Positions 52,501-59,659 of a stretch of 59,659 nucleotides of DNA are shown here, one piece after another. Below the pieces are notes generated by a model. The model was not told the DNA's origin and did no database searches. It worked only from the letters and a program-made list of their open reading frames with translations. Numbering within the stretch: position 1 is the first letter of the stretch; each line of letters begins with the position of its first letter. Made by a program: the position numbers and the translations under genes. Source of the DNA: Bodo saltans (Eukaryota); NCBI GenBank assembly GCA_001460835.1, contig CYKH01002117.1, positions 729 through 60,387 on the forward strand. Reading direction: 5' to 3'.

Positions 52501-54756
52501 GGATTCGCCACGCTGCCCAATGGAGATGTGTGCCTAATCGTCGTTACGATTCCCTCGTACGATGACATTGTCCGCTTTGTGGATGACGCGTTGGCGAGCT
52601 CCTACGCCCGCCGAATCTTCCGCACTGTGCGTGAGTTAGCGTTGAAGCAAGAGTTTGGAAGTTTGTCGTTTGTTCGATGCAAACGTGACCGCATTATGTA
52701 TGTGACGCCTGAACCCATGGATGCGATTCGATTTGCTTTGGTCTTGCAAGATCAACTGTTCCAGCTCTCGCCGTGGCCACGGGATGGATCCCTCCCCCCT
52801 GGACTGATGGCCATTTTAGAGCCCCGCAAGCTTAACGGGAAGCTGATCACCGAAGGCCCGTCGGTCAACTGCTCACTTCATTACTCCAAAGCGAAGCCGA
52901 TGGTGGAGACGTACTCCCTTCAGCAAGCGTATTACGTAGGCACCGAAGTCAGTCTGCTGGAACACATGACATGGAACGCACCTGAGTGCACCCACTCTGT
53001 GTACTTATCCGACACCATGTATGCCGTGTACTATGCACGGGAGAAGGAGCTCACACTTCCCCAACCGTTTGTAGAGTGCGTCGGATTGATTGGGCGTCCC
53101 AATGAGCCGCTTCGTGCGTTGTACAGCATGACGCCACGGTTTTCTGTTGCGTGCCTCTCGATCTTTCCTTCCGCCTGCTGGTTTTGGTACCGCCGCTTTG
53201 TGGCTCGTCGGCAGTTGCTGGAAGCCAACAGTGGCGGTGGTGGTGGACGGCGGGGTAGTGTTCTTGGAGGAGGACCGGGTACTGGTGTAGAGCACGGTGT
53301 TCTTCGATTTTCTCCTCTTAAGTTCACTCATCAAGAGCTGCGAGCGCTGCGTCGTTACTACTCCGCAGCGGACAAGGTTCACCGTGAGCGTCAGCTGCTT
53401 CCCACCTACACTTCCCTTTCCTCCTCGAACACCATCACGTCAACCAAGACGCAGTCGTTGTGCGCAAAGATGTTCTTTGACTGCAGCAGGCGGGAGAATC
53501 GCATCCAGGGATCCCTTCTAGCCGCCGCGATTAGCCTTGCAACACATCGTGGTCGACGAGAAGATTTTGTGCTGGCCGAAAGCGTCGAACGATCTGCGAT
53601 GGAGTTGCATGACACCATTCTGCCTCCTGTAGCACTTGGGCGTGATATCATCGGCCCTTCTGTAGATTTCGGTGCCTTTGTCGAGTTAGCGGGGATGGGT
53701 GGATCTACAGGACACAGCGCGTTTGTGCATCTTCATCACGGCTCTCACTCTTCCATGTCAACACCAAAGTCTAGCAGTCACCATCTCAATCGATCAAGCT
53801 CCAGTCGAGGTGGCATCGGTGGTGATCAGCCGCGGCGTTTACTGCAGCCACAACCGCTTACGTTAGGAGGTGGACAGAACGTTCAATCCCCGCGAGAGAT
53901 CGTCGGAGAGACGCCTGCGGATGGTAGCATCGATAACCACGAAGTGCGGGCACTGTATGAGATTGATATCGATAACCACGAAGTGCGGGCACTGTATGAG
54001 ATTGATAAGGAACGGCAATTTATGGTGCAACGCTCCAAAAAGATCGAAAGTGAAGTGCGTGTGGCGCATCAAGCCGTGAGTCACTTTGTGCACAATATGG
54101 AGGGGTACATTTCTCAACTCCTCTCCACTCAAGCCAAGCGAGTTTCTGACGAAGAATTCATTCTGTTGTTCATGCGGAAGATTCACGATGTTCGAGCTCA
54201 GTCCAAGAAGCAATTGGATAGTGAGGACGATGCCTCCACAACAATTGGCGATGAAGGAGATGACAGCAAGGACGGCAGTGACAGCGACGACGAAGAAGAC
54301 ACTGCGAAGAAGCGCAGCAACGACGAAGAGGCTGCGTTCCAAATGAACTTCGAGAAGGTACGAGTGAACGAGACGTGGCAGGACTCTCTCGCCGGTGTTG
54401 TCGAACAAGACGCCGATGGAGCAGACTACGACCCGGTGCTATTGTGCAGGAGTATGGTGGGCCTCCTGTGCAGACATTTCCTTTCCCTGCGCACTGTCAG
54501 CCGGAGGATGCAGCGTGTGAATGACAGTCTTGAGCGTGCGCAGCGAACAATGGATCCGAACACTCGAATAGGCAAGGCAGTGGAGCTCGTGTCAGAGAGC
54601 GACATGCAACGCCGTGAGGTGGAGTTGGCCACTTCGGCAGAGCAAGCGTCCCGCGTCATGCAGCTGGGTGCCATAGAAGAGTCCAATATTGGTGAGGCCA
54701 TGTCGAAGAGCATGCATCGTTCCACACGAAGAAAAGAGGATGATGATGAGGACTAG
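49516..54756 (+). CDS. Giant (~1747 aa) protein with two degenerate class-III nucleotidyl-cyclase homology domains (probable pseudo-cyclase), an N-terminal coiled coil and acidic tracts
   Basis: The ORF is open from ATG 49246, only 58 nt after the DnaJ stop. Its first 90 codons are A/T-rich and UTR-like and end in the pyrimidine tract cccttcctcgttgtttgttgtgtctgctttgag, so ATG 49516 (MPKSNDGD) is preferred. Cyclase-like domain 1 lies at about 51565-52050. Its sequence is ELFFLGIAFSHK...DFGGYIVSDENQEYVTVFDNARSAIMCALELQ...LRLGMYIDVVPSG...YNGYAARVCQWAAAHLAPAGSILLQD. That aligns with the class-III pattern v.ilF.DI...gG...K..GD.ym.vF...A..A..lq...lRiGih.G.v..G...Dy.G..VN.AaR, but the metal-binding Asp is lost. 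Domain 2 lies at about 52521-52790 (VCLIVVTIPSYDDI...FGSLSFVRCKRDRIMYVTPEPMDAIRFALVLQDQL). Confidence 0.6.
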   Translation: MPKSNDGDSYQSSRRLLANEDQEAMIDISHQVQELFHRLDIPIESIPIGTALPWRSFESLLVNHAVRRGGSASASSAERTQSYLHDASALNKLRQPSTIESSRAAVASSPTRRMKAAEHSTNVTFNSSKTRPSVAPLSPINVGKTKLVPLPTSARGGERKVSARDTPHHPTSPRHKRGTVHHATTAEEETAYNPAVHSLSLMLVNDSTHVPTIDSTLHDMNVAIRRMDGMTQALSLGQPFRQRLRETAIEPGVIYDPELRQIADLQRTVEILRSDVATQASTIRRLEGDLEDKRLLIMQLREDLQYYRAKDPFSGDELDGDDEEEYEDEDDEDNDNHSNDDSSEKGSPPSAALPTVSIMSPQRRTSVASNVSSAGVPRVASSPTLPPASGSGVPSSPPRGPSPLVETMLMASSPTQDDLIAGNYSFVAATSTQFESPEEPGSLTSQPAQPDAPVPISAAPTIVLEPSPSGVVRRRSGGGAGASPSFALPKKERKGFGGAAVSIKERFQNAVSKALPSAHRGPQRQPPLMRTSRGLPSSDGSAALSAVNLRSRLSISAVTAFREAVVDSITRRHIVMGFSTFEAVKRGALYEASMVDRIVSAKPQTSNEPAAQSGSAFRRVASLRRESTTMSMFPPQNASSTAEQAEKNDVAFEDALNFFTSAALRILDNPQYSGVRTTPFAQELFFLGIAFSHKALVEASLEPSVWSTASQLAMFFIESTVKDFGGYIVSDENQEYVTVFDNARSAIMCALELQFQLANTTSFTWPAELEAHPLAGATRDLSSNDKRFLWRGLRLGMYIDVVPSGNSTSVRDVCDNGGVIYNGYAARVCQWAAAHLAPAGSILLQDRMKPHIMHQMVELEDPTLEFWTWRFLPGATAPTKLFDLYHRCHTARRQEHHHTMRLLYFPLQLRVLTDADAPATLERYVNLHNQTAAKQGIKPVTREDDSILGLEGPVEQRLAKLRELPVPTSDDLARPGDEEVFLSHISMLANPPVPDGFATLPNGDVCLIVVTIPSYDDIVRFVDDALASSYARRIFRTVRELALKQEFGSLSFVRCKRDRIMYVTPEPMDAIRFALVLQDQLFQLSPWPRDGSLPPGLMAILEPRKLNGKLITEGPSVNCSLHYSKAKPMVETYSLQQAYYVGTEVSLLEHMTWNAPECTHSVYLSDTMYAVYYAREKELTLPQPFVECVGLIGRPNEPLRALYSMTPRFSVACLSIFPSACWFWYRRFVARRQLLEANSGGGGGRRGSVLGGGPGTGVEHGVLRFSPLKFTHQELRALRRYYSAADKVHRERQLLPTYTSLSSSNTITSTKTQSLCAKMFFDCSRRENRIQGSLLAAAISLATHRGRREDFVLAESVERSAMELHDTILPPVALGRDIIGPSVDFGAFVELAGMGGSTGHSAFVHLHHGSHSSMSTPKSSSHHLNRSSSSRGGIGGDQPRRLLQPQPLTLGGGQNVQSPREIVGETPADGSIDNHEVRALYEIDIDNHEVRALYEIDKERQFMVQRSKKIESEVRVAHQAVSHFVHNMEGYISQLLSTQAKRVSDEEFILLFMRKIHDVRAQSKKQLDSEDDASTTIGDEGDDSKDGSDSDDEEDTAKKRSNDEEAAFQMNFEKVRVNETWQDSLAGVVEQDADGADYDPVLLCRSMVGLLCRHFLSLRTVSRRMQRVNDSLERAQRTMDPNTRIGKAVELVSESDMQRREVELATSAEQASRVMQLGAIEESNIGEAMSKSMHRSTRRKEDDDED
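53929..54006 (+). repeat. Perfect 2 x 39 bp in-frame tandem duplication inside the giant CDS (encodes IDNHEVRALYEID twice)
   Basis: atcgataaccacgaagtgcgggcactgtatgagattgat at 53929-53967 is repeated exactly at 53968-54006. Confidence 0.95.
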
Positions 54757-54902
54757 TCCTCTGTTGACTTGTTGTTGTAGAGAAAGAGAGTGGAGAACGA
54801 TCAACTGTAGATTATGCTTGCGGGAAACTTCTCCCCCCTCGTATGTCATAGTGTTTAACACTTTGAAATCAGTTCATTTTCTTTCTCCTCTTTGTTGTAG
54901 CG

Positions 54903-55484
54903 ATGGCATCGTCTTACATCAACGCGGCAGCGTCAGGATCTGACGGCATTGCCCCGCTACCTGTCGCACGTGCCTCGATTTTTATTGAGGGAGATTGCGT
55001 CGGAGTGCGAAGAAAAGCGACACACACACATCAAATGAACAGCGGCACTGCCAATGCTCCACGTGGAATGGCATCGTCGTCCATGTCGAGCTCAGCCCAT
55101 GCCCTGCATGACGACGAGAGATTGGGTGGCCACAAGCAGCAATATGCCCACGTGAGCAATTGGCTTCAACAGGCCAGGATGCACGAGGTCGTCTCTCACC
55201 GTGCAGAAAAGTTTTCAACCCCTCGTGAGAAATGGGCCCGTGCAGCAATCCGAGCCTCAACACCTCCGCGAGGAGTAGGTGGAGGAGGTGTGTCGCCGTT
55301 GCGTACTCGAGAACCTATCCGTTACTCGATTCGACGTGCTCATGACGTGCTCCGTGAAGTGGAGACACGAAGCACTGGTAATTTGCTTCGCGCCGCCTCT
55401 CCAGTTATGGGAAGACCTTTGCAAACGATCCGCCCCAATGGGCTCCCAGGCCCTGGATCCTACACACTACCCTCGCAGTTTTGA
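54903..55484 (+). CDS. Hypothetical protein (193 aa)
   Basis: ATG ORF after a pyrimidine tract. No motif recognised. Confidence 0.45.
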   Translation: MASSYINAAASGSDGIAPLPVARASIFIEGDCVGVRRKATHTHQMNSGTANAPRGMASSSMSSSAHALHDDERLGGHKQQYAHVSNWLQQARMHEVVSHRAEKFSTPREKWARAAIRASTPPRGVGGGGVSPLRTREPIRYSIRRAHDVLREVETRSTGNLLRAASPVMGRPLQTIRPNGLPGPGSYTLPSQF

Positions 55485-55647
55485 GATGGTGACGCTGTGT
55501 GTTTGTACTCTACCAGTCACTTTTTCTTAATGAGTAATGGGCAGAGGAAGACGTGTGCGTCAACGATGCATGCACTCATACGGTTCATTGCTGTCTGTCA
55601 GCTAGAAAGGTTACTCCACAACGTATATTTAGTAGAAATTTGAAAAG

Positions 55648-57567
55648 ATGAACAGCATTGCTATCACCTCCACTTCGGAAGCCTCCGCGAAGTTGCCGCC
55701 CACGTCCAAGCCAACAACAGCTGCAAACTACCTGCTGACCAAGGAGTACATCATGAAGGAGTGCGTGCGTCAAGGTTATTACCGCACCCCTTCATGCAAC
55801 GAAAAGTTGTATCTTCACCACAAAGGCTTCGACGGCGTCGACCCGACTGCGTTCAAGGAATACACCGACGTCAAAGTACTGTGGTTAGAGGGCAACTGTT
55901 TTTCCTCCCTTAGCTGTGGCAAGCTGACTGTCACACCGGAGCAACAATCTGAAACCGCTGCTACAGTGGTGAGCGAAGTAGAAGTGAAGTCAGACGAAGT
56001 TGCGTTCGACACAAGCACCGCATCGCCAAAGAAGGAACGCGAGTCATCAGTCGAAGGCAATACTGCCGCGCCTTCCAAGTCTGGCAACAACAAAACTCAA
56101 ACGGAAACAACAACTGCCGACTCTGTCGCATCCTCGCCTGCTGTGAAAGAGGAGGTTGACATCTTTGACACCATGTACCCCACGCTTCGCCAACTGTTCT
56201 TGCACGGAAATTTATTCAACGAGATGCCCAACTTACAAGCGTTTGAGAAATTAGACACGATCAATCTGTCTGACAATTTTATTCCGCGAATTGAATCGTT
56301 CTGCTCATACTGGCGATCAGCTGCAGAAATGGATGAGGGTGCGAAGGACGACGAACAACTTCCATCACCTCAAAAGTCTGCTGCCGCAGTGGTGTCTCAC
56401 ACCGGAGCGCAGCCTGCAACTCTGAAGCGCGATGCGAATGCGATGGCTGCTCTTCGCGCGAAGGTCGATAAGTGGGCCTCGCGCTGCAAACATGCACCAC
56501 TAGATGAAAAGAACAAGTGCCTTTGTTCCACTCTCTCCACGCTTACGATGAAGAACAACCACCTGAAGACAGCCGACGATATTGCCGCGTTGTTATGTTA
56601 CAAGAACTTGTCCGTCCTGGATCTTTCCACCAACAAACTAGAAGATGGTGAGGCAGTGCTTGAGATTTTAGAGCGCATGCCGAACCTGAAAGCGCTTCAG
56701 CTTTCTGGCAATCCTTGCGTTCGAGCCATCACCAATTATAGGAAAACTGTCATTGCACGATGCAAGCTTCTCCTTCACCTCGATGACCGCCCAGTGTTCG
56801 ACGACGAACGTCGACTTGTCAACGCATGGGCTACCGGTGGCTTGGACGCCGAGAAGAAAGAGCGGCAGTTGATGAAGCAAGAGGAGGAAGCCCGCCAAGA
56901 GCGCCGCCTTCGAGAGTTCCGTGAAATGATGGCAGCGGCACGCGGTGAAGCTGCACTTGACACGTCAACGGAGGATGACACGGACAGCAACCCCACACCA
57001 TCCAGCCAATCCGAAGATGAGACGTCCAACTCAAACAAGAATGCGATTGTCCCCACCCCACCCAGCCAATCCGAAGATGAGACGTCCAACTCAAACAAGA
57101 ATGCGATTGTCAGCAACAAAGAGAAGCGACCAAAGACGGCACCGGCATCCAGCGGACGAGTATTGTCATCAAACCAGCGTAGCACAACGCAGCACACAGA
57201 GTTCTATGAGAGGAATTACGGAAGCAAGCGTGATCCCGAGGACGAGCCTCAATCGCCACCAGCTGCTGTGGCTACACAGGAGGCTGATGTGGTGAACCCA
57301 GAGGCTCCCTCTTCGTCGTTGCCAGGGGATGGGCCTAACAGTGTTTCTTTTGGCAATTTCCGTGTCGTCTCAAAGTCGACGCCGACGGGTCATCAAACTG
57401 CCCCCGCAACGTCAGCGCTGTGTGGTGGTCGTCAAGTGTCCAAGTCAGCGGCTCAACAACATGCTGATCCAATGCAAATGGAGCAGGTTGCAGTTCCCTC
57501 GACGCTCCCACCAATTGCCGACGACGATGATGATGAAGAAGTGTGGGTGCCTCAGCCCAAGAAGTGA
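55648..57567 (+). CDS. DNAAF1: DNAAF1/LRRC50 (ODA7)-like dynein axonemal assembly factor: SDS22-type LRRs plus LRRcap, long low-complexity C-terminus
   Basis: N-terminus YLLTKEYIMKECVRQGYYRTPSCNEKLYLHHKGFDGVDPTAFKEYTDVKVLWLEGNCFSSL. LRR block FLHGNLFNEMPNLQAFEKLDTINLSDNFIPRIES...LTMKNNHLKTADDIAALLCYKNLSVLDLSTNKLEDGEAVLEILERMPNLKALQLSGNPCVRAITNYRKTVIARCKLLLHLDDRPVFDDERRLVNAWATGGLDAEKKERQ. These parallel the conserved LRRC50/ODA7 N-terminal region, including the DDRPVF...AWA.GG..AEK.ER motif. Confidence 0.7.
   Translation: MNSIAITSTSEASAKLPPTSKPTTAANYLLTKEYIMKECVRQGYYRTPSCNEKLYLHHKGFDGVDPTAFKEYTDVKVLWLEGNCFSSLSCGKLTVTPEQQSETAATVVSEVEVKSDEVAFDTSTASPKKERESSVEGNTAAPSKSGNNKTQTETTTADSVASSPAVKEEVDIFDTMYPTLRQLFLHGNLFNEMPNLQAFEKLDTINLSDNFIPRIESFCSYWRSAAEMDEGAKDDEQLPSPQKSAAAVVSHTGAQPATLKRDANAMAALRAKVDKWASRCKHAPLDEKNKCLCSTLSTLTMKNNHLKTADDIAALLCYKNLSVLDLSTNKLEDGEAVLEILERMPNLKALQLSGNPCVRAITNYRKTVIARCKLLLHLDDRPVFDDERRLVNAWATGGLDAEKKERQLMKQEEEARQERRLREFREMMAAARGEAALDTSTEDDTDSNPTPSSQSEDETSNSNKNAIVPTPPSQSEDETSNSNKNAIVSNKEKRPKTAPASSGRVLSSNQRSTTQHTEFYERNYGSKRDPEDEPQSPPAAVATQEADVVNPEAPSSSLPGDGPNSVSFGNFRVVSKSTPTGHQTAPATSALCGGRQVSKSAAQQHADPMQMEQVAVPSTLPPIADDDDDEEVWVPQPKK
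56991..57110 (+). repeat. 2 x 60 bp in-frame tandem repeat within the DNAAF1-like CDS (PTPSSQSEDETSNSNKNAIV twice)
   Basis: Units 56991-57050 and 57051-57110 are identical except for 2-3 substitutions at the unit start (ccccacaccatcc versus ccccaccccaccc). Confidence 0.9.
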
Positions 57568-57768
57568 AGTGAGGTCGAGGCGTGGTACATAGACGTTTAG
57601 CCCGTTGTTGAAAAGTAGACTTATTATCAAAGTGTAGATGGAACAAGTGAGATAACTCGTATGGCATTTTTTTTAAAGAACCCCCATTTTGACATACGTT
57701 TTCGAGTGTTCTTTAAATGTTCTTCCTGTGATTTCCATCAGTGCATTTTTTCTGAATAAGTAGGCACC

Positions 57769-59061
57769 ATGTCGACGATTAGTGTGGATGACTCCATCTT
57801 CGTGACACGACGGCGCGTCTGCGTCGTCTCGGATGTTGAGGCCGGCGAGATACATGCGGTAAAGGCATATTTTTCCTGGTTAAATGGTCTGAGACTAAGT
57901 GCTTCGTCATCTTGTCCACTGGTTGACGTAGACGTGATCGACAGTGCTGTCAGTTGGAAGCCAACCGGTGCCAACACTCCCCTCTTCAGCCTCGCAGCCA
58001 AGGGCCTTTCTCGAGCTGCCTGCAAATGGAGAGATATGAACCATCCGGTTGCGTGGTCTCAACCGTTGTCGATAGCGTTGCCGCAACAACAAAATCAAAT
58101 TCAAACTCCCAATGAAGCATGGGGCTGGGCTCAACAGATCCCAGGAATGTTTCCTCTTTTGCCACTTTGCGGATACACATGTTGCATCACTGGTTTTATT
58201 TCTTCATCATCATCGACGTCGGCTGCTCAAGATGCTGACGGCTACAAAACGAAGTCGCTAATAACTCAGCGACTGGAGCAGCTTGGAGCCCACATGCAGC
58301 CTCGACTAGATCACTCCGTTGATGTCTTGTTGGTCCCGTGGCCTGATCTTGGCGAGATCACATCGGAACGCTGGACTGCCAAGGTACACTTCGCTATCAA
58401 GGCCGGCATCCCAGTGTTGTGCGCTGAGCAATTTGCTGTGATTGCAGGCTCAGGGGTACAACCCATGGAGGATCTTGTGAGGCTGTATGCATTGCCCCGA
58501 CGTGAAGAAATAGGAGGAAACACAACTGTCGAAACGAATGACGGCGATGGCGCAGTGACTACGAACCTGTTCGCAAACGAAGAGCCATTGTTAGACGATT
58601 TTTCATCCGCTGGACCCCGTCACCCTTCCCTCGTTGTAGAGCCACCATCAGCAAATCTGCCAGACGACCAGTTGATGGCACGTGAGTTATCTGATGAAGA
58701 GGTATTCGCCCTGTACACGCCAATGTGGGTCGTACTCTTTGGGATGACCATGGCTGAACAGCAAGCTGCGCGGCGACATCTGTCTCGATTGCATGATCTT
58801 CAGATCACCCAGCAGCCGGTGTTGACGAGCACCACAACACACATCGTCGTTGGCAAGGCCATAGAAGCAATTGCTCCTGTGAAGGGCAATCGTGACGCAC
58901 TAGAGCATTTTCTAACTCGAATTCATCGCTTGCCGCTCTCTCGCATCAAGACCAGTCAGTGGCTTGAGTCCCTCAGTGGTCTCGCGTTCACTACGATGCA
59001 TGTTCACTCTTTTCTAGCGGCAGCAGCGACGACGCTCGCACTGCGCCGCAGCTGCTGCTAA
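57769..59061 (+). CDS. Hypothetical protein with BRCT-like segments; probably the 5' part of a longer gene interrupted by a frameshift
   Basis: ATG ORF of 430 aa. BRCT-like stretches VDVLLVPWPDLGEITSERWTAKVHFAIKAGIPVLCAEQF and THIVVGKAIEAIAPVKGNRDALEHFLTRIHRLPLSRIKTSQWL. Another frame opens at 58968 and runs to the window end (see next feature). Confidence 0.5.
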   Translation: MSTISVDDSIFVTRRRVCVVSDVEAGEIHAVKAYFSWLNGLRLSASSSCPLVDVDVIDSAVSWKPTGANTPLFSLAAKGLSRAACKWRDMNHPVAWSQPLSIALPQQQNQIQTPNEAWGWAQQIPGMFPLLPLCGYTCCITGFISSSSSTSAAQDADGYKTKSLITQRLEQLGAHMQPRLDHSVDVLLVPWPDLGEITSERWTAKVHFAIKAGIPVLCAEQFAVIAGSGVQPMEDLVRLYALPRREEIGGNTTVETNDGDGAVTTNLFANEEPLLDDFSSAGPRHPSLVVEPPSANLPDDQLMARELSDEEVFALYTPMWVVLFGMTMAEQQAARRHLSRLHDLQITQQPVLTSTTTHIVVGKAIEAIAPVKGNRDALEHFLTRIHRLPLSRIKTSQWLESLSGLAFTTMHVHSFLAAAATTLALRRSCC

Positions 59062-59123
59062 ATGGTTTCCTCGCACCATTGGCCGAGCAACATATTGAAT
59101 TGATCGCACCAAAGGCCAAGCAC

Positions 59124-59659
59124 ATGCATGCAAGCATTCGTACAGGAGATATTGCCGCAGAATTCGTTGAGGTGGGTGAAGACAAATCACTGCAGCAACA
59201 AGGGCATCCAACCGGACCTGTCAAGCCGGCATCAGGAATGCAACCCATTTTGCTTGTGAAGGAGCTCGCCGACCTGTTGCGGGGCATCTGGCCGCATCGC
59301 GTAGACGAGTTACAACCTCCAACGTCAGTTCTTGAAAACGCGAACTGCAACGATATGATGTCATCGCTTATGTCGGTAATGAAAAGTGAGTGCGCGGGAA
59401 ATAATATTTTTGATGGCATGACCTTTGTATGCCTTGAGGACGATGCCACGAAGTCGAAGCATGCAACTAGTGGTGAGAAGCTGGATGCGGATCACGGCAG
59501 CGACGAAAAGTGGAGTTTCGCACTTCATCGTCTTGCCGCTGTGCGCTTGATGATAAAATGCTGTGGAGGTACGCTACTGCGTAAAACAGAAAGTGAAATG
59601 CGAACGATGTTAGAAGAAGGTCACGAGTGGTTCCGATCAGCCACTGGGCAAACCAGTCT
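59124..59659 (+). CDS. 3'-partial ORF, probably a continuation (after a frameshift) of the BRCT-like protein; contains a further BRCT-like segment
   Basis: The frame is open from 58968 to the end of the window, with the first ATG at 59124. It is 2 nt out of phase with the 57769-59061 ORF and overlaps it by about 90 nt. The translation includes FDGMTFVCLEDDATKS...LHRLAAVRLMIKCCGGTLL, which resembles a BRCT core (..GG.v). Confidence 0.4.
   Translation, partial: MHASIRTGDIAAEFVEVGEDKSLQQQGHPTGPVKPASGMQPILLVKELADLLRGIWPHRVDELQPPTSVLENANCNDMMSSLMSVMKSECAGNNIFDGMTFVCLEDDATKSKHATSGEKLDADHGSDEKWSFALHRLAAVRLMIKCCGGTLLRKTESEMRTMLEEGHEWFRSATGQTS

Noticed and set aside
1-59659. Prokaryotic interpretations (operons, Shine-Dalgarno or sigma-70 promoters, CRISPR arrays, prophage, defence islands)
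   Set aside because: The domain content (RRM-RGG, axonemal dynein p28, LRRC50, TEP1 with WD40, IQ motifs, BRCT), gene sizes up to 7 kb and 120-600 nt pyrimidine-rich spacers point to a eukaryote. No direct-repeat/spacer array or integrase/transposase-like ORF was seen. The DapF gene is the only bacterial-type gene, and it is flanked by eukaryotic genes in the same orientation.

Overview
The window looks like nuclear DNA from a kinetoplastid-like (trypanosomatid or bodonid-type) protist, not a prokaryote. About 33 protein-coding genes all lie on the + strand, none has introns, and they are separated by short pyrimidine-rich spacers ending in AG. That is the signature of a single polycistronic transcription unit with trans-splice acceptor tracts. 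There are no strand-switch regions, no rRNA, no convincing tRNA and no CRISPR. The long minus-strand ORFs are all antisense to + strand genes and are judged spurious.

Products I can recognise from motifs:
- a TEP1-like giant protein (TROVE, DUF4062, NACHT, WD40), a vault/telomerase-type RNP protein
- a bacterial-type diaminopimelate epimerase (DapF), probably acquired by horizontal transfer
- an RluA-family pseudouridine synthase
- an adrenodoxin-type 2Fe-2S ferredoxin
- a membrane-anchored DnaJ
- an RRM plus RGG RNA-binding protein
- an M1-aminopeptidase-like relic (GGMEH and HELTH motifs) whose N-terminal part is broken by in-frame stops
- a tandem pair of GT61/DUF563-type Golgi glycosyltransferases with a ~920 bp near-identical core
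- axoneme genes: inner-arm dynein light chain p28 and a DNAAF1/LRRC50-like LRR protein
- an IQ-motif protein
- a 1,747-aa protein with two degenerate class-III nucleotidyl-cyclase homology domains

The ORF track uses non-ATG starts (GTG or TTG) for many ORFs. I trimmed those to the first plausible in-frame ATG downstream of the pyrimidine tract. Several coding regions contain perfect in-frame tandem duplications (39 bp, 60 bp) and a (CAG)10 tract. The last gene in the window appears split by a frameshift.
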